From: a virus
Length of the DNA stretch: 64,000 nucleotides
Virus record (IMG/VR): IMGVR_UViG_3300029361_000001
Strand: one strand, 5' to 3'
The position numbers and the translations under genes are program-made. Under the pieces are notes generated by a model, which was given only the letters and a program-made list of their open reading frames with translations, was not told the origin of the DNA and did no database searches. Shown one piece after another: positions 1 to 8,415 of this stretch (position 1 is its first letter; every line of letters starts with the position of its first letter).

Positions 1-521
1 CAGGGTATTACAACTACAGCCGGCAGGATTTTATGAACGCCGATAACCTTAAGGATGCTGTAGTAGCTTGGAACCAAGGAGCAGGACGTCCTCATAAGAG
101 TGTTATAAGAAATGATGATCGTTATGACTATGCTATGGAAGTTGCTAAAAATCTTGGTTTGGAAATTGAAGAAAATTCCGTATCTTTGTATGGTCAAATG
201 GGATTCGGAGATGATGGAGAAATAGCAGCATCGGTAACACTTCCAGAGGTAGAAGTGGCAGCCGCCCTCCCTAACCCGGAAGCCCAGTCCCAGGAGAGAC
301 AGTCCGAGGAAGAGAGACTCCGTACATGGACTGAAACGTATGGTAAAGACATCATAAATCATTTACTGACGTTAGACGGGAAAAAGGATGGTGATGACAG
401 TGATTACAGCATGATGTATAGACAGCATGAAAAAGAAAGCGAAGAGGATAAGAAAATGGCTTTGATTAATGCCGTGCTTCCCAATATTCAGCTTCGCATT
501 AAAGGCGTCACTGATAATTAG
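1..521 (+). CDS. C-terminal part of an acidic hypothetical protein. The ORF is open to the window edge, so the gene begins upstream of the window.
   Basis: Frame 3 is stop-free from base 3 to the TAA at 519-521. The product is an acidic Glu/Asp-rich protein. A hairpin plus T-run follows the stop. Confidence 0.5.
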   Translation, partial: GYYNYSRQDFMNADNLKDAVVAWNQGAGRPHKSVIRNDDRYDYAMEVAKNLGLEIEENSVSLYGQMGFGDDGEIAASVTLPEVEVAAALPNPEAQSQERQSEEERLRTWTETYGKDIINHLLTLDGKKDGDDSDYSMMYRQHEKESEEDKKMALINAVLPNIQLRIKGVTDN

Positions 522-557
522 AACAAGATTGTTTTATTTCTCATATTAATAAAGCGA

Positions 558-630
558 AGCCGGATTTGAGACTCGTTATACGGATACCGAAGGTTGAAGA
601 ACGATATCAAGATAATCCGGCTTTTTTGTG
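558..630 (+). terminator. Candidate intrinsic terminator: a 9 bp stem (agccggatt / aatccggct) with a long loop, followed by TTTTTTG.
   Basis: The inverted repeat 558-566 / 614-622 is followed directly by a T-run, 37 nt after the stop of the upstream ORF. The 47 nt loop is atypically long. Confidence 0.35.
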
Positions 631-893
631 CGATTTCGTGAAGGATGGAACTATCATCGCCTTGGTTTAACAGAACAGACCTACGTACCTCCACTGTCCT
701 GACGGGCATGGGAGCCCGTCTCGCCTACTACCTGCCTGATACCGAAGGTTGAAGAACGATATCAAGATAATCCGGCTTTTTTGTGCGATTTCGTGAAGGA
801 TGGAACTATCATCGCCTTGGTTTAACAGAACAGACCTACGTACCTCCACTGTCCTGACGGGCATGGGAGCCCGTCTCGCCTACTACCTGCCTA
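584..893 (+). repeat. Tandem direct duplication, two copies of 155 bp, each carrying a GC-rich 7 bp-stem hairpin (gacgggc-atgggag-gcccgtc).
   Basis: The sequence 584-738 is repeated almost exactly at 739-893. As a by-product, two overlapping minus-strand ORFs in the track share an identical N-terminus. Confidence 0.9.
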
Positions 894-937
894 ATTCTCC
901 ACTGGCTACTTAATATAACTATTAATGTCACTCCATC

Positions 938-976
938 ACCTATCTCCCTTCGGTAGATAGGTTCAGTCGTTTTTTA
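938..976 (+). terminator. Hairpin with a cUUCGg-type loop (acctatc / gataggt stem) followed by a T6 run.
   Basis: There is a 7 bp stem with loop tcccttcggta, then tcagtcgtttttt. It is the first of three related hairpins. Confidence 0.45.
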
Positions 977-996
977 AATGTTATATGTTCTTTCGC

Positions 997-1017
997 ATCG
1001 TTCCCTTCGGTCACGAT
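997..1017 (+). promoter_or_regulatory. Second hairpin of the tccCTTCGGt-loop family (atcgt / acgat stem).
   Basis: It has the same loop sequence as the hairpins at 938 and 1089 but a different stem, which points to a conserved loop with covarying stems. Confidence 0.4.
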
Positions 1018-1088
1018 ACTCAATCTTTTCACACAATTAGGCGAACAATACGATGACGGAAAAAATAATTTGTCAATCCGTTCACTCA

Positions 1089-1111
1089 CTTAACTCCCTT
1101 CGGTCGTTAAG
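1089..1111 (+). promoter_or_regulatory. Third hairpin of the tccCTTCGGt-loop family (cttaac / gttaag stem), flanked by ttcactcac / ttcattcac direct repeats.
   Basis: There is a 6 bp stem with the conserved loop. Confidence 0.4.
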
Positions 1112-1335
1112 TTCATTCACTGTAAACAATTATATGAATAAATGGTAAAGTATGTAAAATAATACAAATAATATAATGAGTAAGATCATTGAAAATGGTC
1201 TTAATATTAAGGAAAACGGAGACTATTCATAGGCGTAGTTTTAATTCAAGATTTGTTGTCCCACCACTGACGGTCAGCCGGTTACGTTCAGAGTCGTTTT
1301 CCTGTCTCTTATCCAAACCGTCATAAAATAAAAAA

Positions 1336-1390
1336 CCTTGTATCCTATTTCTCTCAAACCGGATACAAGGCAGTGCATTTTCTTCTTTTT
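1336..1390. terminator. Perfect 10 bp-stem hairpin (ccttgtatcc / ggatacaagg) with T/A runs on both sides. It is terminator-like in either orientation.
   Basis: The stem 1336-1345 / 1361-1370 has a 15 nt loop. On the minus strand it is followed by TTTTTTATTTT, and on the plus strand by TTTTCTTCTTTTT after 8 nt. Confidence 0.45.
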
Positions 1391-1400
1391 ATATAAAATC

Positions 1401-1408
1401 ATATATTT
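1401..1408 (+). promoter_or_regulatory. TATATTTG, which matches the Bacteroidota sigma-A -7 consensus TAnnTTTG, about 20 nt upstream of the ATG at 1428.
   Basis: This is a motif match only. Similar motifs lie at 2493-2500 (tatctttg, before the ATG at 2516) and 24343-24350 (tacctttg, before the ATG at 24375). Confidence 0.3.
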
Positions 1409-1427
1409 GCACTAAAAAAAAAACAAG

Positions 1428-2447
1428 ATGGAGACAAAAATAACTGAAATAATGAATCCTCACAAGTTGCACGACAAGCTCTTCAAGAAAGAGCAGGTCT
1501 CTCCGATAGAAGTTATATACAATAGCTTCAGCAACTTAGGGTACAATGTAGTACGCCGTCCAGCCGGTCAGTGTATAGGCAATTTGAGATATTTTAATCT
1601 ATTTTATGACAAACATACTCATCATTTCTATCAGAAAGACAGGAAGTTGAGATATTGTAGTAATTTTATCATATCTGATTACTGGAAAGATAGAGTGCGA
1701 TGTTTCATAGTTTGGAACTTTGGCTTTGGAAGATTCTTTCCGTACAATGACTTTATTGAGGCTATGGTTTATGATTATCTTCGATATGGGAGAAAGTCAG
1801 TTCCTTATCTTAAAAGCGTGCAAGAGGCTGAAGAAAAGTGTGTAAGGTTCTATATCCGGTCTCAGATAGATATGCTTCGTAAGGAAGGATATGCCGCTTA
1901 TCGGGCTAAGTTCAAGGAAGAACGTCCTCAGTATTTCATCGGAGACGATAGGACGGTGTTTAGATGCCTTGACAGCTCTTTAAAAAGAGAAGAGAAGATT
2001 GCTGCATGCGTAGCCCACAAAAGGGCCTTAAAAGAAGGGATAATGACTTCCTTCATCAATCACCTTAAGAAACATCCTACCACTTTATATTCGTGGTTTT
2101 CATCAGAGGTAGATAGCGAAGGAAAGAATAGGCTCTGTCTATCTGAAAAGGCTGTTTCGTATTTGAATAAGAGACTGGTTCGCAATGGGTTAAAGTCTCT
2201 TTCTGCATCATATCTTTTTAGAACGTTTAGAAAAATGGTGAAGATCTTGTTCGGTTCCAATGTCAGGTCGTTTTTGAATAGCTGTCTGATGTCTGTTTCA
2301 ACAGAAGAGGTTTTAACCAAATCTATGAAGAAAATAGTTTCCAAGACAGTGCTGTTTTTGTACAAGAGAGCGCTTAAGAACTATCGCCGGGCATGCGGTC
2401 TTAAGTACGACCCTGATTCGGGCGGTTTGTCTGCCGTACATGATTGA
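1428..2447 (+). CDS. Hypothetical protein, 339 aa, rich in Arg/Lys/Tyr/Phe/Cys.
   Basis: It is a long ORF after the regulatory hairpin region and the first gene of the plus-strand block. I recognised no motif. Confidence 0.5.
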   Translation: METKITEIMNPHKLHDKLFKKEQVSPIEVIYNSFSNLGYNVVRRPAGQCIGNLRYFNLFYDKHTHHFYQKDRKLRYCSNFIISDYWKDRVRCFIVWNFGFGRFFPYNDFIEAMVYDYLRYGRKSVPYLKSVQEAEEKCVRFYIRSQIDMLRKEGYAAYRAKFKEERPQYFIGDDRTVFRCLDSSLKREEKIAACVAHKRALKEGIMTSFINHLKKHPTTLYSWFSSEVDSEGKNRLCLSEKAVSYLNKRLVRNGLKSLSASYLFRTFRKMVKILFGSNVRSFLNSCLMSVSTEEVLTKSMKKIVSKTVLFLYKRALKNYRRACGLKYDPDSGGLSAVHD

Positions 2448-2500
2448 TTTTTAAACGTATCCCATAACGTTGGATTTTCTCGTTCGTTTCTCTTATCTTT

Positions 2501-5356
2501 GTGAAAAAAGATAGTATGAAATTACGAATCATAAAAAATCGTCCGATATTCGCTCCTGGCGGTAGTGTTCAGGATAAGAAACAGGATATTAATGTATCCT
2601 CTACTCAGCCTATTCTTGATTATGGAACGTCTGTTAATAAATGGGGTGAATCTGATATTCAGAATATATATATGCCTTCTGATGTGACTTTAGAAACAGA
2701 GGAGGGGGAGATAAATCCATTTAGTAGTATGCCTACATCCGATCCGTTTTTTGAAAACAATGATGCAGGATATGCAGGATATCTCGCTGATAATAGGGGT
2801 ATGGTTAAAAACGTAGAGAAATCAGTCGTTGATAATGCAATGAATGTAGGTGGTGTTGATGCTGATTCCTCTAAAGAAAAACGTTCCCAAGATGGTAATC
2901 CTCTTGATCCTATGACTACCCCATATTATTCACCCGATCTAACCGGCAGAGCTCAAATGTTCGGTACAAGTCTTGGCCGGATAAGAGCCGGTAATAAGGT
3001 CGGTGCTAATGTGGCTCAAGCTGCCTTGTCTGGTGTTAGTTTAGGATTAGGTCTTACCCGTAATATCATGGGAGCTTCATCTGCTGCGTATGCAGCCAGC
3101 AGAGACGAGCAGGCAGCGAGGGAAAAACTTGCCAAGGAGCGTCGTCAGCAATTCATCAAGTGGGAACGTGAAGGTGGTGGCGTGAATTTAGGTAACGGTC
3201 AGAAGATGGATACGTCTGATATGACCGGCGAATATATTTATCCTCTTCCCAAGTCTATGGAAGATGCTGCGAATGTAGAGATAGAGAAAGGCGAGTACGT
3301 GCTGACTCCTGACTCCGTAGGGCCTATGGAAGCCAAAGGAAACAGACATGAAAATGGTGGCACTCCGGTTGATTTGCCAGAGGCTTATATTGTTTCCGAT
3401 TATCGTAAGATAGATGATGAGTTTGCCTCTTACGTTAGAGAAAATTATGGTATTAAGGCAACGTCAAAAGATACGTATGCTACACTCCTTGATCGATATA
3501 AGAAGAAGATAGGTTTGTCTGATAAGTACGAAGATCAGGAGCGTGTATATAAGAGATTAGAGAAAAATGAAGATGTAAAAGACAAAAACACATCTAATCT
3601 TAATGCTTCTATTCTTTCCAAGTACGTCAATGAAAACCAGAAAGAGATAGACGAGCTTGAAGCACAATTTCGTTCTTTCGCTGAAATCGTTTATGGCAAA
3701 CAGGAAGAATCTAAGCGTAACGAGAGGATGAATGCTTTTTTCAGGGATGGCGGGGTTGTTGATCTGAATCAGGTAAAGAAACAAGCTAAGGCTTTTAATA
3801 TTGCAGAATCAGATGCTAAGAACTGGATATATGACGAGTATGTTAAGCAAACCAGAAAAATGGCTGAAGGTGGACCTACTCAGAAGGAGCTGGAGGAACT
3901 TAGAAAGAATGCTATCGGCTACAATAAGCTTATCAATCAGTTATTTGGACGAACTCTTAATATGACTGTATCTGATGTTAGTGGTCGTGAGCAGATCCTT
4001 AATCCTGATTCCAGTGTCAATGCCAACCAGAATCTCCAACATAGAAGCAATTTAGGATACGGCAGGGTAAATGATAAGGCGGTATCTAATTTGCTCGACA
4101 TAAACCGATGGGCTAACAAGTACAATACGGATGGTGATTTTGATACAGAAGGTTTCCAGAAAGGATACAACAGGCAATTAAATGCATTGTGGGCGTTAGC
4201 TGATGTAGGCGCTATTACGAATGCTGATGCAGCCAAGAAATTCAGAGATGAATACGGATTCTGGGGCCAGGACGCCGGAAGCTACGGAGGGAATCAGGCT
4301 TATAATTCATTTGCCGTAGATGATAAGTTTGGTCAGACAACAGCTACTCGTTCTTATTATGGGTTGGACGTTGTTTCGGCAGAGCAAAAAAGATTGTTAA
4401 ACGAAAAAGGGATAAAGAATTATGTTGACTTATTTGGTGATAAATCTGATGCCGCTAAGAAGATTCTGGGCTCCGATTATAATAAGTTTGTTGCTTTAAG
4501 AGATAGTGGGTTAATGCCGGAAATAGACTTCGTTCTTGAGTCTGTTAAACCAGAAATGAAGCCTATTGAGGCCGGTCCCATAGCACCAGGCCTTACACCG
4601 CCTAAGATTGGATCTCCTGGAAGGATAGAGGTAAAACCGAAAGCAAGTACGCCTACGACTGCAACTGACACCGATACAGAGGAGGTGGTTGAAGACAACG
4701 GACCTAAAGGACAGGGCAGACCGGCGGCGTTCGGTCCTATCTTCCCGGAGATGCTGAGAACGCTCGATACAGGCTTGGAGATAGAAGGTCTGGAAAGACA
4801 TCAGGCTCCGAGAATAGATCCGGTTCTTCAATCTGCTGATCAGTATATCAACGAGCTCAACCGCGCGACATCGGCTCAGTTGGACGCAGTAGGTGACGTG
4901 CCCGACTCCCAGCGTTCCGCTATTCTGGCTAATATGAACGCCATAGCCGGAAGCAATATAGCCAAGTACGTTAATGAAGTAAATTTCAATAACGCAAGGC
5001 AAATAAACGAAGCTGATAGATTCAATGAAATGGCTTATGTTCAAACAGATGATAAGAACATAGCGGAAAGGCAACGTTATGAATCCGGATTATTGAAGGC
5101 TATGGCTATAAGGGATGAAAATCTTGCTCGTTATTATGACAGTATAAACAGCGAGATACAGAATAAGTTTAATGTTAGAACTTCATTGAATACCATAGCT
5201 TCCATAGCTCCGAATATGAGAATGCTTCCAAGTGGCCAAATTATTTACGTTCAAGGTAATCAGGATGTGATGAATATGGGTGATTATTCTACACCTTACT
5301 TGAGAAGTTTAAATGAAGAAGATGACGAAAATAAAAGAAGAAGGAGGACCAAATAG
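2501..5356 (+). CDS. Large virion-associated protein (about 946-951 aa) with a Gly/Ala-rich hydrophobic N-terminal segment, coiled-coil regions and a Pro/Thr-rich linker.
   Basis: This is a 2.85 kb ORF. The track start is a GTG at 2501, but the ATG at 2516 (MKLRII) just downstream of a TAnnTTTG motif is the more likely start. The GANVAQAALSGVSLGLGL segment resembles internal or ejection proteins. Confidence 0.6.
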   Translation: MKKDSMKLRIIKNRPIFAPGGSVQDKKQDINVSSTQPILDYGTSVNKWGESDIQNIYMPSDVTLETEEGEINPFSSMPTSDPFFENNDAGYAGYLADNRGMVKNVEKSVVDNAMNVGGVDADSSKEKRSQDGNPLDPMTTPYYSPDLTGRAQMFGTSLGRIRAGNKVGANVAQAALSGVSLGLGLTRNIMGASSAAYAASRDEQAAREKLAKERRQQFIKWEREGGGVNLGNGQKMDTSDMTGEYIYPLPKSMEDAANVEIEKGEYVLTPDSVGPMEAKGNRHENGGTPVDLPEAYIVSDYRKIDDEFASYVRENYGIKATSKDTYATLLDRYKKKIGLSDKYEDQERVYKRLEKNEDVKDKNTSNLNASILSKYVNENQKEIDELEAQFRSFAEIVYGKQEESKRNERMNAFFRDGGVVDLNQVKKQAKAFNIAESDAKNWIYDEYVKQTRKMAEGGPTQKELEELRKNAIGYNKLINQLFGRTLNMTVSDVSGREQILNPDSSVNANQNLQHRSNLGYGRVNDKAVSNLLDINRWANKYNTDGDFDTEGFQKGYNRQLNALWALADVGAITNADAAKKFRDEYGFWGQDAGSYGGNQAYNSFAVDDKFGQTTATRSYYGLDVVSAEQKRLLNEKGIKNYVDLFGDKSDAAKKILGSDYNKFVALRDSGLMPEIDFVLESVKPEMKPIEAGPIAPGLTPPKIGSPGRIEVKPKASTPTTATDTDTEEVVEDNGPKGQGRPAAFGPIFPEMLRTLDTGLEIEGLERHQAPRIDPVLQSADQYINELNRATSAQLDAVGDVPDSQRSAILANMNAIAGSNIAKYVNEVNFNNARQINEADRFNEMAYVQTDDKNIAERQRYESGLLKAMAIRDENLARYYDSINSEIQNKFNVRTSLNTIASIAPNMRMLPSGQIIYVQGNQDVMNMGDYSTPYLRSLNEEDDENKRRRRTK

Positions 5357-8300
5357 TGGCTTCACAGTATAGTATTTTAAGGCAATATGCCCCGTATGTT
5401 AGTCCTTACAACATAGATCTTGTTAAGGACGTCATGATGTACAAACAGCAGAAGGTTGATGCTGCTCGTGAAAAGATCTATACCCAGGTAGATTATCTTA
5501 TGGGTCAAGAGATAGATAAGCCTGAAGCCCGCGCTTATATGGAAGATAAGATGTCAGGTGTGATTGCTAACATCAATCAAAAATTCAAAGGCGTGGATCT
5601 TTCTTCTGATGGTGTTACGAGAGCTATACAAGGAGAGATCAGTTCGGTGTTAGATGATACGGTCATTAATGCTATTGCCGGTACAAAAGAAGGCAAGAGG
5701 GTTATGAAGGAAATAGAATCTATAAAACAGAATCATCCTGAACTTTATTCTCCTATTAATGAATGGCATGCTTTGGATCCTTATTACAAATGGAGGTCAG
5801 ATGGTAAGGCGGGATCAAGGTTGGGAGGTCTTCATTATTCTCCTTATGTCGATTATACTAAGGAGATAAATAAGCTGGTTAGTGACTTTAGGAAAAACAA
5901 CGAAGGCAAGAAGATTCAGACAACAGAATATGATGTTAAAGGTAATCCTACTGGTGGAATCATAGAAGTCAACGTAGATGAGCTTACTGATTCCCAGATA
6001 AGGAATTTTGTGTCTGCTAACTTATCTGAAAACATGAGGAATCAGATGAGAATAGAAGCATCATACATGGCAGCCACCAATCCAGTGTTCAGTAATCCGG
6101 ATTTGGTTAGTCAATATATTGGGTCTTATGTCGAAAGATACGATAGGCACATAGGAGCATTGGAAGCAAAAAAGAAATCAGTAGGGGATAATAAGGATAT
6201 TATTGATCGTATTGACAGCCAGATACAGGAAGCTAAAAATCAGAAAGCAGAAGCCAAGAGGGAGGCAGATATGATAATAGCTTCATCAGATCCGGTAGCG
6301 GCTGCTAATTTTGTTGTTACCAATAATCTTTTCGATAAGATGACTGATGCATGGAGATACGACAATACAAGTTTTGAAAGGAAGAAAGACGATCTTTATT
6401 TTGCAAGGTTGGCAGAGGATAGGGCTCAGCGAAAGTTTTTGACTGATAATGCCAAGTCCATGGTTGAAATATCATTGGCGAATGAGCAGCTTGCTCAGGC
6501 TAAGATTGAAACCGAATACATGCGTACTTACGGTTCCAAGATGGGCACTGAAAGCTCATCCGGAGGCACAAGAGGAGCAGGCGGTGTAGGAGTGCCGATG
6601 GCTCCTATGGACGGGCCTACGGCTATCAATTCTGGAACGGGTAAGATAGGATCTGTTAATTTGGCTAATATCCCTTATGAACAACTCACATCTTCTTCCA
6701 CAGAGCGTAGAGCAAATTTATTGAAATTATATAATTCATTATCTCCTACAGACAGAAGCAATATCGTTGCAGCATCATACGAAGAAGAAAAAACTGACCC
6801 AGGATTGTATGCTAATATGACTCCTGAAGAACGGATATATTCTTATTTAAAAAATAATGGAGGTCAGAAAAACGGATATTTCGGACAAGGAAATAACAGA
6901 TTGTCTGAAGCTTATGATGCTTTACTTCTTTCTGATTCTAAGGCAAATGGAGCTGCAAAGGCTATAAATAACGTAACTGATTATCAAATAGATAATATAG
7001 TTACTAAAAAAAATAAGGATATTATCAGGAAAGTTCGTAATGCTAAGTTTATGAAAGGAAATTCTTTTATGAATCTTACCAATACAGATGATAAGGCTGG
7101 AGCCTTCCTGCTCGCCACAGCCATAACAACTGGTGTATCTGATGCCGTAGGGATCAGAGAATACATGATGGATCCTTCAAGAGGAATAGATATTCTTAGT
7201 GCTATATCTCCGTCATTAGGAGCTAAGGTGAGTGCCGGCAAGTTGGGGAAAAACATATCTGATGCTATTACAAGCGAGAATAATGGTTCTTCTACTGGTA
7301 CATTGGCTCTTATTAATGGAATGAAGAAACTCAATGGCGATCCTGATTTTAATATATCTGATTATATGACCATAGATAAGGATGGTGATATAGATTTAAA
7401 AGATTATCAGGAAGGTGAACCATTGACTATTACCCAGCTAAGATATGCTGAGAAAAACAGTAGGGTGTCTGATATGATAGCAAGTCAGATGCAGGATGAG
7501 ATAAAAATGTCTGTATCTCCCGATCAGATTTCTGATAAGTTATCTCAGTATCATTACCTTGATTCTTACAAAAGATACAATTGGAATGCCGATTCGCCGG
7601 AAAAGTCTTTGCAGAAGGCTCAGTTTAGAAGATTGTCTGGTTACATGGCAGGAAAGGTAAATAATCTGGATCCTACTGCTATTAATGCCATTAATATGGA
7701 TGCCGAGATAGATAATGGCACCGTTAGAAGATTCTTGACTGCTCAAGTAGGTTCCGGTGAAAATTCTTATGTTACAGAAAGGGTTGAGATTACGAATGAC
7801 GAGCTTCTTAAGGCGGGTATAGATCCTTCGGTCGAGGAGCGCAATTATCCGGTAGATGGCTACAAATCAAGTTTTGAAACCTGTGATTTTGTAGATACCG
7901 GAAAGAAGGAAGGTTATTCTTATGATAAGTATCTTATACGTAATGGCCTTCCTCGTTTGGCTTCTAAGGCTGATGTTAAGAATGATCTTTATGATATAGT
8001 AAAGGTTCATGGTTCTTACCTTAAGCCAGAAGAAATGAATGTTGTTAAAGCCCTTGTTGATAATTTTATTGACATGTCTGATAATATATCAGTTCAGTTG
8101 GAGGGAATGGACGATAGGGGTTCAAGAGAGGTAGCGGTCAATTTCTATGACAAAAGGACTAAAAATTCTAAAAATCCTGCATTGTTGTTCTCGGATTTTG
8201 TTCCTTTGGATCCAGGTAATGATGAGTATGCGGATTACTGGAATAGCATTCACCAGAAGTGTCCTCAGTACTTCTTTGTAAAATACGTGAAGGAGGCTGT

Positions 8301-8415
8301 TCAAGAACGTCTTGATCAGATGAGGGATCCGTATATGAGAGGAATAAATATCACGCCCAACATGAATGACAAGTTTAGTAAGTTGAACGATTTTTTGCAG
8401 AAAATTTATGGCTGA
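5356..8415 (+). CDS. Large virion-associated protein, 1019 aa. It contains a DKDGD motif and a Gly-rich segment.
   Basis: The GTG start overlaps the TAG of the upstream gene (TAGTG) and is preceded by AAGGAGGA. The 3' end overlaps the next gene (ATGGCTGA). This translational coupling is typical of a structural operon. Confidence 0.6.
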   Translation: MASQYSILRQYAPYVSPYNIDLVKDVMMYKQQKVDAAREKIYTQVDYLMGQEIDKPEARAYMEDKMSGVIANINQKFKGVDLSSDGVTRAIQGEISSVLDDTVINAIAGTKEGKRVMKEIESIKQNHPELYSPINEWHALDPYYKWRSDGKAGSRLGGLHYSPYVDYTKEINKLVSDFRKNNEGKKIQTTEYDVKGNPTGGIIEVNVDELTDSQIRNFVSANLSENMRNQMRIEASYMAATNPVFSNPDLVSQYIGSYVERYDRHIGALEAKKKSVGDNKDIIDRIDSQIQEAKNQKAEAKREADMIIASSDPVAAANFVVTNNLFDKMTDAWRYDNTSFERKKDDLYFARLAEDRAQRKFLTDNAKSMVEISLANEQLAQAKIETEYMRTYGSKMGTESSSGGTRGAGGVGVPMAPMDGPTAINSGTGKIGSVNLANIPYEQLTSSSTERRANLLKLYNSLSPTDRSNIVAASYEEEKTDPGLYANMTPEERIYSYLKNNGGQKNGYFGQGNNRLSEAYDALLLSDSKANGAAKAINNVTDYQIDNIVTKKNKDIIRKVRNAKFMKGNSFMNLTNTDDKAGAFLLATAITTGVSDAVGIREYMMDPSRGIDILSAISPSLGAKVSAGKLGKNISDAITSENNGSSTGTLALINGMKKLNGDPDFNISDYMTIDKDGDIDLKDYQEGEPLTITQLRYAEKNSRVSDMIASQMQDEIKMSVSPDQISDKLSQYHYLDSYKRYNWNADSPEKSLQKAQFRRLSGYMAGKVNNLDPTAINAINMDAEIDNGTVRRFLTAQVGSGENSYVTERVEITNDELLKAGIDPSVEERNYPVDGYKSSFETCDFVDTGKKEGYSYDKYLIRNGLPRLASKADVKNDLYDIVKVHGSYLKPEEMNVVKALVDNFIDMSDNISVQLEGMDDRGSREVAVNFYDKRTKNSKNPALLFSDFVPLDPGNDEYADYWNSIHQKCPQYFFVKYVKEAVQERLDQMRDPYMRGINITPNMNDKFSKLNDFLQKIYG

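Noticed and set aside
518-864. Two overlapping minus-strand ORFs (518-709 and 667-864) with identical N-termini
   Set aside because: They are a by-product of the 155 bp tandem duplication in an intergenic, hairpin-rich region. They lie antisense to the structural block and have no start-context support.
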